Positions 29,539-39,372 of a stretch of 64,000 bases of DNA are shown piece by piece. Both the position numbers and the translations under genes were made by a program. Position 1 is the stretch's first letter. The number at the start of each line of letters is the position of its first letter. The stretch is from Giardia intestinalis (taxonomy: Eukaryota): assembly GCA_000002435.2 (NCBI GenBank), contig CM018790.1; one strand, given 5' to 3'. Under the pieces are notes generated by a model. It searched no databases and had not been told where the DNA came from. It saw nothing but the letters and a program-made list of their open reading frames with translations.

Positions 29539-32500
29539 TTAATCTGTTATTACACGACGGTCGCTAGAGGGCGCGTTAGGCATGGTTATAGCACCAAAAG
29601 CTACAGATATGCGTGGCCTTCTCCTTTCTGCGTCATGGTTTGCCTTGAACGTGCTGCTTTCGGAGGAGTGGCCGGAGCTGTCTCTTCGTAGAGGTATAGA
29701 AGTAGCCGTTTTGGGGCGGACCATCTTCGAATACTTTTCAGATGTGAGTCGCCGCCCTCCACGTGCGTTGGGAATAGAATGAATACCGGTGTCTAATACT
29801 TCCAATAAATCAGGTGTTTGTTCCGATTGTAACCGCTTAATTTGCGCCTCCGGCCCAAATTCCGACAGTACAGAATCTGGATTAGGCATCCATTTCTCAG
29901 GAGGGTCAACGATTTTTCGAGAAGCAGCCTTGTTAAAAGAATAGAGCGGAGGCTTGTTTTGGCTTAACCGCTCCAAATATTTTGCCATCGTGGCTCCTTT
30001 GAAAGCCGTTCTATGTAATGGAAGCTCCACTTGCTCAACTACCCGTTGTTCGTTGTTGTATTCAACGTATACAGGTTGAAAATGCTCCTGAGGCTGTGTC
30101 TTTAATGAACATACTTGGGGAGGGATATGCCTTATTTTGTCAAGGAGGTTCTTAGCAAATGGGTGTTCCAAGAGGTGTGGTGCAATAACGTCTGTGGAGT
30201 CTTCGGGTACATGTGTGGCTGAATAGGGGGGGCGCCGCCTTAGGTACTCACGTTGATGTAACGCTTCGAGATCTATATGAAGGGGATGTTTCAAGGAAGG
30301 TATTGTCTTACACCCGCGTTCATAGATCACATCGTCGTGAGTAAGAGTTGCAGTGGCTCCATAGTCACTAGCATGAGTCAGTATAGCTCTGAGGCTAGAC
30401 TCATGGATATCTTCGGCACTGGGTCGCAGATCGGGGGGACCAAGCATCCGTAAAACAAGTGTGCGAATGTCTCGACTATAAATTGCAGAAAGCTGCTTTT
30501 GGACCCGTTCCATGTCAATCTGCTGATAATCTTCGAGACACATGAGCTCTAACACAGAGACTCCAAGTGCATAGATGTCCATTGCTGTGATATTATTTCC
30601 TTCTGCCATCTCCTTGGGCATATAGTTGGGTGTTCCAAGAATAGTTATTGTGCCCGAACCGTCGGGCAACAAAACTTTCTGTGATCTTGCTTTAAAGGTA
30701 GAATATGTATTCTGCGGAGGTTCGAGGTAGTATGGCAAAGTGTCACGTGCGCGCGGATTACACTGATCAAGCGTCGTTGTTAGCTTGGTAGGATAATTTG
30801 GATTGTTTGGATTGCACGAAATCTCCTCCCTTCTCCAAAGCTCCTCTAAGTCACGAAGCTGTTGTTCTTCGTCGTTAATCTTTGGCATAGCTGATTTTCC
30901 TCTATCTATTTGAAACGGGTTCTTCTTTGGAGAAGATTCTAGTCGAGCTTGGCTAACCTTTCCCAGTGAGCTAGTTGTTGCAGGCCGAAGGGCAACAGTT
31001 TGTGATATACTCCGTGTTCCAAACTTACCAAGAGTTGGCTTGATAAGCTTAAATTCAATATCGTCTTCAGATTCTACAGTTGCATACATATTGGTGCCCT
31101 CTGGAAATATGTTGCGTCTCTTTTCCAGCTCCTTTCTAATTTTATGATTACGAAGGGCTTTTTCAAAGGGATCCAATCTGGTGAATCGCGCCATGTTCTG
31201 AACATAATCAAACTTGCCATGGTCGATAGAATTTTGGCTTCTAGTGCTGACAGATGTGCGAGAAGAGTGAATGTAGTGTCGCCCAGGGCTATCCGATAGC
31301 ATCGGGGGAACAGACATATCCGGTCTGTTAATATTTGAGAGATCTGTCAAGCCACGCCGAAATGTTGGTGAGGCTGATTGCACATAGCTACCTACTAGAA
31401 GTGTATCTGGTCTGCTATCCGTAGGGATATTGATAGGTCGGTCGACTGTAATACTAATAGCCCGCGGGATTGGAAGGGACGGTGACGCGCTTCTAGAGAT
31501 ACTCCTTGAAGCAGTTCTAGATATACTTGGAGACGCACTCCGTGATGCACTGCGAGAGGTGTTCATGGACTGAGAGCCATAATTCGATCCACACAACGAC
31601 CCACTTCTGGAAGCAGCGCGGAGCTCCTCGCGAATTTCAGGATTGAGAATCGTACTATCACTCATGTGGCCTGTGACATTCTCGTATTCCTTTTGGATCG
31701 CCATCTGCTTATTAGGCGACCGAGCTGAGTAAGGAAGATTGTGATCCTCGTTATAGATCTTCTGGGCTGCAGTAGACATAACTTTCTTTCTGCCATCTAT
31801 ATGTGTATCCTCTGTTATATCATAGTAGATCCTGTTCTGAAGGGCTTGAAGAAAGGAAATTGTCGGTTGTTGACTAGGAGTAGTGACATCTACTCCAGGA
31901 GTGCATTCATAATCAGTATCTGGTAGCGAAGCGGTGTCTGTTGCATAATCACTAGGTATAAACTGGTTCGACATGAGTTTAGAATTGCTACGACTTGGCG
32001 GGGGAAGCTTGCGACACGATTCGAAGTTTGATAGAACAAATTGGAGGTTTGCTATCCTTACTTGCTTGTTTGGCTCCACGAGATCTAGCTTCACTGATGA
32101 GTTGTTTGTGTAATCAACCTCACGGAGGTAGATATTTGCAAGCTTGATGTCACGAAACACGTATCCTTTGTCATGGATGTGTTGCAAGGCAGAAGAAATA
32201 TCAAGGAGAATTGCCCACAAAAAGGGCTCCGAAAAGGTTTTCGATAACTTTTTATAGCGCTGCATTTGCCTCTGCATGTCTTTGTGCTGTAAGTGTTCAA
32301 GAGCAATTAAGCCAGTTGTACCCTCCTGTGCATATCCACGTATGGTGAGTATGTTGCGATGTGGCCCAAGATCCAAAAGTGTTTCAGCCTCCTTCAGTGT
32401 GTTTTCCAGTACATCCATCTCGTTTGAATAGCGCTCCTTTAGAAGAACTAATTCTCCTGTACGAATATATGCTGCAACCATTTCTCGTCCACGACGAGAA

Positions 32501-32592
32501 CGCGCTACTATATTTGCAATCTTAAAGTCGTCGAGAGATGCAAAGCACAGCGTCTGGAACCGCTGCCCACAAGAGTGAACTTGTGTACTCAT
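29539..32592 (-). CDS. Divergent protein kinase-like protein (1017 aa) with a very large low-complexity insertion; possibly a pseudokinase
   Basis: ATG start. The N-lobe has LGPHRNILTIRGY, the catalytic loop is GYVFRDIKLANIYL (HRD changed to FRD) and no clear DFG is present. About 450 aa of S/R/T-rich sequence precedes GTPNYMPKEMAEG...MDIYALGVSVLELM (subdomains VIII-IX). Confidence 0.65.
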   Translation of the reverse strand: MSTQVHSCGQRFQTLCFASLDDFKIANIVARSRRGREMVAAYIRTGELVLLKERYSNEMDVLENTLKEAETLLDLGPHRNILTIRGYAQEGTTGLIALEHLQHKDMQRQMQRYKKLSKTFSEPFLWAILLDISSALQHIHDKGYVFRDIKLANIYLREVDYTNNSSVKLDLVEPNKQVRIANLQFVLSNFESCRKLPPPSRSNSKLMSNQFIPSDYATDTASLPDTDYECTPGVDVTTPSQQPTISFLQALQNRIYYDITEDTHIDGRKKVMSTAAQKIYNEDHNLPYSARSPNKQMAIQKEYENVTGHMSDSTILNPEIREELRAASRSGSLCGSNYGSQSMNTSRSASRSASPSISRTASRSISRSASPSLPIPRAISITVDRPINIPTDSRPDTLLVGSYVQSASPTFRRGLTDLSNINRPDMSVPPMLSDSPGRHYIHSSRTSVSTRSQNSIDHGKFDYVQNMARFTRLDPFEKALRNHKIRKELEKRRNIFPEGTNMYATVESEDDIEFKLIKPTLGKFGTRSISQTVALRPATTSSLGKVSQARLESSPKKNPFQIDRGKSAMPKINDEEQQLRDLEELWRREEISCNPNNPNYPTKLTTTLDQCNPRARDTLPYYLEPPQNTYSTFKARSQKVLLPDGSGTITILGTPNYMPKEMAEGNNITAMDIYALGVSVLELMCLEDYQQIDMERVQKQLSAIYSRDIRTLVLRMLGPPDLRPSAEDIHESSLRAILTHASDYGATATLTHDDVIYERGCKTIPSLKHPLHIDLEALHQREYLRRRPPYSATHVPEDSTDVIAPHLLEHPFAKNLLDKIRHIPPQVCSLKTQPQEHFQPVYVEYNNEQRVVEQVELPLHRTAFKGATMAKYLERLSQNKPPLYSFNKAASRKIVDPPEKWMPNPDSVLSEFGPEAQIKRLQSEQTPDLLEVLDTGIHSIPNARGGRRLTSEKYSKMVRPKTATSIPLRRDSSGHSSESSTFKANHDAERRRPRISVAFGAITMPNAPSSDRRVITD

Positions 32593-32737
32593 TGGTTAGT
32601 CACTAGGAGGTTTGAGAAGCTCGTGAATGCTGCCTGAAACAAAGACTTGAGTTTAATTTAAAATTTCAGCATGCCGAAAATACATGCAGGGAACAGAGCA
32701 GGGAGCGGAGCAGGGGATTCAGAAAATAATAATAAAG

Positions 32738-33085
32738 CTAGGCAAACTTCATAAAACCTATCATGGCCCCAATAGAGTAAAGGAATAATAGCCATGCAAG
32801 GATTATACTAGGGCGTAATTCCACCAGGTCATAGATGTAGAAACCAGAATAAAGAAAATAAAGAACAACCCCGAAGATGGACGAAACAAGGCTTCCCATT
32901 ATTATGCTGGCGAGGAGATAAGTTATAGGAACGCTTATGTACGCGAAAAACCGTTTATTATCTTTTGGAAGTTTAGCGGCGAATATTAACCCTGTAAGTA
33001 GATATGCCGGCACCAGAAACGTTAAGGAGAGATAGATAGATGACGTTATCGTCTTTGTTAACGTTCCATCGGCACTATTAGCCAT
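32738..33085 (-). CDS. Small membrane protein (115 aa, 3-4 TM helices), hypothetical
   Basis: ATG start. Hydrophobic helices include [55 protein letters not shown] and [17 protein letters not shown]. The gene is head-to-head with the ArfGAP gene. Confidence 0.5.
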   Translation of the reverse strand: MANSADGTLTKTITSSIYLSLTFLVPAYLLTGLIFAAKLPKDNKRFFAYISVPITYLLASIIMGSLVSSIFGVVLYFLYSGFYIYDLVELRPSIILAWLLFLYSIGAMIGFMKFA

Positions 33086-33095
33086 TTATTTTAAA
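33086..33095. promoter_or_regulatory. 10-bp AT-rich spacer (TTATTTTAAA) between divergent start codons; putative bidirectional initiator
   Basis: The minus-strand gene's ATG ends at 33085 and the plus-strand gene's ATG starts at 33096. Giardia promoters are short AT-rich initiators directly upstream of the ATG (established knowledge). Confidence 0.4.
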
Positions 33096-33587
33096 ATGGA
33101 GTCAGATCTTCTGCGAGATAGACTCCTCGCGGCACAGAAAGCACTGGGGCCCACGTGCTTCGATTGCGGCGCAAAGAACCCCACATGGGCCTCTATCAAG
33201 CTGGGAATCTTTCTCTGCATGAATTGCGCAGGTCGTCACAGGAGCTACGGTACACATATCTCCTTCATACGATCTTTAACACTCGACAAGTGGACAGAAG
33301 ATCAGGTGAGGCTTGTCGAGGTGGGCGGCAATAATGCGTTTCGCCAGTATCTTCAGCAAGAGGGGATATCACATCCGCTTCAGTATCAGCAAACAGATCT
33401 GGGTCCCTATAGGGAGCTTCTTCAGGAAAGGGCCTCTGCATCATATAGAAACACTGACCCGGAAAAGCAGCCGTGGTCGGGATCTTCAGGCTTAAAAACA
33501 AAAGCGCAGCCGCAAGCCGTTGTGAACACGATGGTTGAGGATTCGCCGTACCGGCGTACGCTGGGTAGAATTGTGCGTCTTGAGTAA
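33096..33587 (+). CDS. ArfGAP domain protein (ADP-ribosylation factor GTPase-activating protein)
   Basis: ATG at 33096. The ArfGAP zinc finger [32 protein letters not shown]...[12 protein letters not shown] is classic, with the catalytic arginine in context. Confidence 0.85.
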   Translation: MESDLLRDRLLAAQKALGPTCFDCGAKNPTWASIKLGIFLCMNCAGRHRSYGTHISFIRSLTLDKWTEDQVRLVEVGGNNAFRQYLQQEGISHPLQYQQTDLGPYRELLQERASASYRNTDPEKQPWSGSSGLKTKAQPQAVVNTMVEDSPYRRTLGRIVRLE

Positions 33588-33673
33588 ACGATTCTGGACT
33601 GGATGGTGGAAATCACTCAGGGCGTTTTGAGCACTGATGTTGGAGTTTGTCTTAGGTTGGAAAAAATAGACAC

Positions 33674-35515
33674 ATGCTGCCCAACGATTTTTCTCTTCCA
33701 AAGGAGCTTCAATGGCTAGAGACGATCGGTACCTCTGCTACGTTAACGGGCGATGTACTGGCAGATAAGATCGTCGACATTCACAGCACAACTTACTCAT
33801 CTGAAGCGATAAATAGCGCCCGACGGCTTTGGGCTCGGGTTGGAGCCCGCGCAACTCATATGGGAGATAAGTATAAGGACTTGCTGGACGCCATTTATGC
33901 GAAGCATACGATTGTCACCATCTCTCTGGTATGCTACTATTGTAAAAGGAGCAATCCGCGGGACTTAGTATGTCAGGATCTTGAGCGGTTCTTTCAAACA
34001 GTCAGTGACGTTCTTTCGCTATCTATCACCGATGAGATGCTACCGATTTCCGACTCCCATGTTAGGCTTCTACTTCAGCATTTGTTGAGCAACGACGAGA
34101 CCAAGTTGGCGTTTTTCGATTTTATATTTGACTGTAATACCTGTGAGGAGGGAACCACGCAAGTCACATTTGAAAATGCTTGCAGGGTGCTTTTGGTATT
34201 CTTTTCTAGACACAAACTTTTGTCCAGCCTTTTAGAGTACTTTAGAAACAGTGGCACAATGATGGTGAGTAAGTATCTATGGCCAATGATCTTCAACTTT
34301 CTATCAACGTATTCCAGTGTAGAGGCTATTTCTGACAATTATAATTTCAGTTCGTCAATCTACCCCTTAATTATAGATAAGTTCTGCAAGTACATTACTG
34401 GCATCTCTGGAGTAGATGGAGCAGCAAGTAGAGTAGGCCAAAGATCAGAACTATCTGATATGCCAACCAGAACTGGTTCTACTCGGCAATGCTTGGAAGA
34501 CATAGACTCGGTGTTGTTTCAGCAACATGATAGTGCCAGGACAGACCTGACTCCGCAACCGGAGTCGTTGATAAGAACCCCCACCGCTACCAAACGAGTG
34601 CAGTTTGCAGGACTCAGGGATGACTCTCTTCTAGAGCATCCATCGCCTCCAAAGATTAACATTACTCCATCTTCTACTAAGGTTGACGCTCCTGTCCATG
34701 TTATAACCCCACTCACACAGCCGAAAAAGGATCGGCCTCCATCAGCGCTTTCTCAAAAGCAAATGGAGCTAGCTGCCCGTTTAGCTGCATTTAAGGCATC
34801 AAGCCAGCGGCGCTCATTGGGCTCTACGATACACGAGTCATCTCATAAGACAGATAACGCTAGCAGCGGTACATCCAATGACGCAGACGGCTCTAAAGCT
34901 ATTGTAAAGGCAAGCGGAAGTGTCTCTCGGGATAGATTGGCTCGAATCCATTCACTAGTTACAAATCCATATAAGTACCTCTCTCCTGTTGCAGAAATAA
35001 TACTGGAAGCGAGACAAAAACTTGCAGCACGTCAATCGACTCGGGAGCAAGAGTATCCCAGACAGCTCCATAGGAATTCTGTGACAGAGACAATGCAGTC
35101 GTCCACTGTGCCGTGCGCTGCAACACCTTCTATTTCGTTGCAAGGTTGTAGTGCAGACAGCTTCAATCAAACGTCAAAGCTAGCCACCTCAGCTATAACA
35201 ACGCCATTGGTGACCGATCACTCTGCTAGCAGCATTGTGCCTACTCCACTACAGCACCAGAGACAGTCTCACCCAACGGTTTCTGATATCGCTACCAAGT
35301 ATACTGCACGGAGGAGCTCATTCAGACCGGATTGTATTACTTTACAACCAGCACAGAGCGTCGCTGCACCTAGTATATCTCTCACTCCATCTGTGGGAGC
35401 TTCATCTACACATAGCGGTGGACCTATTACTGGTATGCGTCAACTATCTGCCACTGCTGCTAAGTACATTACTACTCAGATAAGTCAAACAAGCAAAGTT
35501 GATCAGGATAAATAA
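33674..35515 (+). CDS. Hypothetical protein (613 aa); S/T-rich C-terminal half
   Basis: Long ORF with an ATG at 33674. No domain recognised. Confidence 0.55.
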   Translation: MLPNDFSLPKELQWLETIGTSATLTGDVLADKIVDIHSTTYSSEAINSARRLWARVGARATHMGDKYKDLLDAIYAKHTIVTISLVCYYCKRSNPRDLVCQDLERFFQTVSDVLSLSITDEMLPISDSHVRLLLQHLLSNDETKLAFFDFIFDCNTCEEGTTQVTFENACRVLLVFFSRHKLLSSLLEYFRNSGTMMVSKYLWPMIFNFLSTYSSVEAISDNYNFSSSIYPLIIDKFCKYITGISGVDGAASRVGQRSELSDMPTRTGSTRQCLEDIDSVLFQQHDSARTDLTPQPESLIRTPTATKRVQFAGLRDDSLLEHPSPPKINITPSSTKVDAPVHVITPLTQPKKDRPPSALSQKQMELAARLAAFKASSQRRSLGSTIHESSHKTDNASSGTSNDADGSKAIVKASGSVSRDRLARIHSLVTNPYKYLSPVAEIILEARQKLAARQSTREQEYPRQLHRNSVTETMQSSTVPCAATPSISLQGCSADSFNQTSKLATSAITTPLVTDHSASSIVPTPLQHQRQSHPTVSDIATKYTARRSSFRPDCITLQPAQSVAAPSISLTPSVGASSTHSGGPITGMRQLSATAAKYITTQISQTSKVDQDK

Positions 35516-35935
35516 GCACACAAACTTGCACCATTGAATTTCTTTAACCACTGATGGAGTAAACTGACTTTGGTAAACCAACTGTGCAGGCACAGACTAG
35601 GATTTGCCAGGCTGCAGATGTACACTGTATCCATTAACAGTGTGGGCGCGTATTTGGTCAGGCTTTAGGTCCTTACTAATAGATGATTTTGCACATTTCC
35701 TAAGGGATATCCATGCAAGGATCAATCAATTAAACTTTGGACAGCCTTCGATACTTTTGTAGTTATAAGATGAGATCGGTATCTGCCAGGAACACCGTAT
35801 ATCACAAATTAACCTCATGAAATAAAAGGCAGATGAAACCATATTGCCATGCAAGAAAGCATATCTTCTAATTTTGATAGACTGCAGAGTATAGTGCAAG
35901 TCATAAAGTGGTTAGCATAGGTTTACTCTATCCAC

Positions 35936-36981
35936 CGGGATCGGTTTGCTAGCCGCGACCCGAGCCAGTCCCGCGGAAGAAGAGCTTTGTGCTTCCTCCG
36001 AGGCAATAGCGGATGCACCGGAGACCCTGAGGCTGGCAGTGGATGCGCCAGTCACTCACCACCCGAGCCGAGCTGGTCTGGACAGACTCACCACGCGACC
36101 CCTACGGATCCCTCGGAGGGCAGGCCTGCCCTCTGGACGCCCGGCTCGAACAACAGTGGACCGAGCTCCTGGCTACGCAGGACAGCGGCGGTCGGGAGTC
36201 CACCACAAGCAGCTGCGCGGTGCCTGACACCTCGACGTGAGACGTGGCATCACAGCAGGCTGCCGAGCGGGACAACCAAGCGGCGAACCGGTCCTGATCG
36301 CTTCTGATGCTTTGGACGATGCCTCGACAGACCGAATCATTCCCCCAAGCGTGCTGTGCGGTGCAGATGGACCAGCCCACACGTCACTGAGCCAGACGCA
36401 CTGCACAGGGTGAGCGCTGACATGATCTCGTGCTGGGTGACGGACCACCTGCAAAAGCGCCCTGCGATCCGTGAGCAGAGGGCCGGACCTCTCCCCGACA
36501 CAACGCATGGGAGTACTCCATCGGCATCCACGAACGCGTACTATGACTCCAAGATGGAGGCGTATGGGGAGCGCACCTCCGACAATAGGGTCGATGATCC
36601 ACGTCATGGGGAGACAAAGAGGCACCCGAGGAACGGGGTAGACACCCGAGGTCGTGGCGTGCGATCCTCGTCGTAGAGCACCAGGGCCACGTGGAGGCCA
36701 GGCTGCTGTGACCGACGGCAGGCCCGGGACAGCAGGTGCTCAATAGCTATCAGGCGATGGTTGACCCCGACGAGCCAGAGGAAGGGGGAACCCTGGAGGC
36801 ACCGCGAGGAGCGGCAGCTTCCAGGGGAGGGGGGCATAGAAGTTCTTCCGCCGGGATCCGAGGACATCCGACTCCCGAACTCTGGATTTGGATTCCAGCC
36901 GATGCAAGGGCGAGAGAGACCCGCTTGCCCAGAGCGGCGGTGGCTCGCACGAGGGGGTTTACTCGGGTAGCAGCCGGCAAA
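35936..36981. mobile_element. Short (~1 kb) inverted copy of the same repeat, with both terminal inverted segments (copy 2)
   Basis: The body is the reverse complement of copy 1 and copy 3. Mirror-image ORFs (MPLCLPMTWIIDPIVGG..., MSTCCPGPAVGH..., MRCRWTSPHV...) are identical in sequence. The left end is rc of the terminal segment (GGCTCG...GCTAGCAAACCGATCC) and the right end is the direct terminal segment (GCGGCGGTGGCTCGCACGAGGGGGTTTACTCGGGTAGCAGCCGGCAAAC). Confidence 0.7.
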
Positions 36982-37047
36982 CAAATTTCGGTAGTGCCTT
37001 CTTACATGTGAATTTACAGTTACTGTAGAGTATAGCCTCTAAGAAAA

Positions 37048-38415
37048 ATGAGCCAAAGAGGGCGAGCTAAGCTCAACCAATACAGTAAAGGAGTCTCTCA
37101 CTCCTCAAGGCTAAGTAGGACGGTTAACGACTTCTCCCAAGCTAGTACCCTCAACGATACTCTTCACATTCAGCAAACTCACTCAATGGATAATTACATG
37201 TACCCAAAGAAACCACCAGAGGTCTCACAATATATCGCAGAGCGCTATGGAATGTCGTGGGCTGACAGCGAAGGCAAGATGCGTAGATCGCTGACTACAC
37301 TAATAGCACGCTCTCAATCATCTCATGAGGGACTTCTGGAACTTGACGCCGAACTGAAGACGCTTGCTAATAAGGTGAATAGCTACGCTTCATCTTCCTT
37401 AGATCAGCCCGATACCAGCAAACGAGCATGCCTTCTATTAGAACAGGTTATAGAAATGAAAGCAGAGTTCTATGAAAGACTTGACAGCGCGCTCAATCAA
37501 CTTAGCAAGTTATCTACTGCTCATAGCAACACCCTTCAAGTGCTAGACGCAGAAAAACAACGCGTAGAAGCTCTCACTAAAGAGGTGGACCAGCTTCGTG
37601 TAGACTACAGTATGTGCAGAGATGCCAATGCAGCTCAAGCAGCAAGTCTCACTGATACTCAAATGAAATTGCTCGAGACGTCCTCATTTCTGGAAACCGC
37701 GAAGAAGAATATCACAGTCCTTAATGATGAGAATTCCCAGCTCAGAGACTCCCTTCAATTCACAAATCATGAACTGGCAGACATCAAAACTGTACACCGT
37801 AGCCAAACTGAATCCTTCGAAGCGCTTCTTGAGCGATCCTCTGCCCGCGAGCAAACCCTTCTAAAAGAACTAGATGAACTTCAACGTGCCTACACAGAAG
37901 AAAAGGATCTATATGCAACGAGAGTTGAGCGTATACATTACTTGTCTTCTGAGATAAGTTCTCTTCAGAAACAAGTTTCTAAGCAACGGGGACATGCTAA
38001 AATATACAAAATCAAGACAGGACAGCTCCGCAGAATAGCAAGGGAATTAAAGGTAATGATACGGAACAACACAGCTATGAGTGCACAGGATACTGATCTT
38101 CTAACACAAAAGGATGCACAAATAGCAGCAATGATGAAAAAGCTAGAAGAGTATAGAGCACGAGCCAAAAGAGCTTCCAGCCATGAGTGTAAGCTCGCTA
38201 GTCAAAGAAGTGAAATAGAGAGATTATCTACGTATGTGGCTACCTTAGAACAGGATTTAGATCGCTATAAAGCCAGAAGACTCAAGTTTAGTGCACCCAC
38301 AAAGGTTATGACAGCATCGAAAGATGGGAAATCAATGCATTTGAGCATATCAGATGATGGGCCTCGGTCTGAGGGGTTCTTTGCCAGTACACGAAGCTAC
38401 TGTGCGGTACTTTAG
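37048..38415 (+). CDS. Coiled-coil protein (455 aa), hypothetical
   Basis: ATG at 37048, which is 67 bp after the repeat terminus. Heptad-rich sequence runs throughout (LQVLDAEKQRVEALTKEVDQLRVDY, LEEYRARAKRAS...). AGTAAAC lies 26 nt after the stop. Confidence 0.65.
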   Translation: MSQRGRAKLNQYSKGVSHSSRLSRTVNDFSQASTLNDTLHIQQTHSMDNYMYPKKPPEVSQYIAERYGMSWADSEGKMRRSLTTLIARSQSSHEGLLELDAELKTLANKVNSYASSSLDQPDTSKRACLLLEQVIEMKAEFYERLDSALNQLSKLSTAHSNTLQVLDAEKQRVEALTKEVDQLRVDYSMCRDANAAQAASLTDTQMKLLETSSFLETAKKNITVLNDENSQLRDSLQFTNHELADIKTVHRSQTESFEALLERSSAREQTLLKELDELQRAYTEEKDLYATRVERIHYLSSEISSLQKQVSKQRGHAKIYKIKTGQLRRIARELKVMIRNNTAMSAQDTDLLTQKDAQIAAMMKKLEEYRARAKRASSHECKLASQRSEIERLSTYVATLEQDLDRYKARRLKFSAPTKVMTASKDGKSMHLSISDDGPRSEGFFASTRSYCAVL

Positions 38416-38440
38416 CATTATGCAATTATTAATCTGACCC

Positions 38441-38447
38441 AGTAAAC
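38441..38447 (+). promoter_or_regulatory. Putative poly(A) signal AGTAAAC
   Basis: AGTRAAY motif 26 nt downstream of the stop of the 37048..38415 gene. Confidence 0.4.
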
Positions 38448-38469
38448 CTAGAAATCGTCTAAGATAAAT

Positions 38470-39372
38470 ATGAATGTACCGACAACCGCAAAGGACTTAC
38501 TTTTGCTATATGCAAAGGAGCCCTGTGCATCCAGTTCGCTGAAAGAGGATGAGTCTGTACCTCAAAATTACCTTTCCAAACGGCACCTGCTCTTCTCTCG
38601 CTTTGACGAAGGAATACAGTTGACCCCTGAAATGTGGTATTCCGTGTGTGCTGAGTGCTTCGCACATACAATAGCAAAAGTGCTTAGCAACCATATTCAA
38701 CGCAGAGGATATGTTCTGGACTTATTTGGGGGTGCTGGAGGGCAGGCCATTGGGTTTGCTTTAGAAGGCCACAGTGTTCATTCCATAGAATACAGCGAAC
38801 AGCATTGCGCACTTATCCACAACAATGCTCGAGTTTACGGGGTCTCACATCTAGTTTTTCCAGTTTGTTGTGATGTATTTACTCAAGCTCTACGCTTTTG
38901 CACTTCTGGGGCAACTCCACAAAAGTATGACTGTGTGGTTCTATCTCCACCGTGGGGAGGTCCTGGATATTGGCGGAACGGTGATTTGGACTTCTGCAAA
39001 TTGAGAATAAATAAGTACAAGGGATCGCAACTTGTCAGCCTTATGTGCAGACTGGTAGATTCAGGAATCAGTAAGAGATTTATTCTCCACCTTCCACGAA
39101 ATACTACTACCCGTTCTATCTATTCTGTTGGTGCACGAGTTGCGCGACATATTTCCAGGGTTGCAATACAGGAGCTGGGTAGTACCAAAGCCGATTTCTT
39201 AACAAGCTCAGTGATAGTATCCGAAATGCAATTAAACGGTCGTGTTAGCTTCCTTGCCGTTTACATTGGTTGTTGGAATAAGAAATTGATCAGGGACATT
39301 GACAACCAAGCAGTCTTGTTCACACCGTCGGACGGCCATAGTAGCAGAGTTCCCTGTGGCCATCTCGTGTGA
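38470..39372 (+). CDS. Trimethylguanosine synthase (Tgs1-like RNA cap guanine-N2 methyltransferase)
   Basis: ATG at 38470. The SAM-binding motif is VLDLFGGAGGQAIGFA and the Tgs1 signature is VVLSPPWGGPGY. Confidence 0.8.
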   Translation: MNVPTTAKDLLLLYAKEPCASSSLKEDESVPQNYLSKRHLLFSRFDEGIQLTPEMWYSVCAECFAHTIAKVLSNHIQRRGYVLDLFGGAGGQAIGFALEGHSVHSIEYSEQHCALIHNNARVYGVSHLVFPVCCDVFTQALRFCTSGATPQKYDCVVLSPPWGGPGYWRNGDLDFCKLRINKYKGSQLVSLMCRLVDSGISKRFILHLPRNTTTRSIYSVGARVARHISRVAIQELGSTKADFLTSSVIVSEMQLNGRVSFLAVYIGCWNKKLIRDIDNQAVLFTPSDGHSSRVPCGHLV

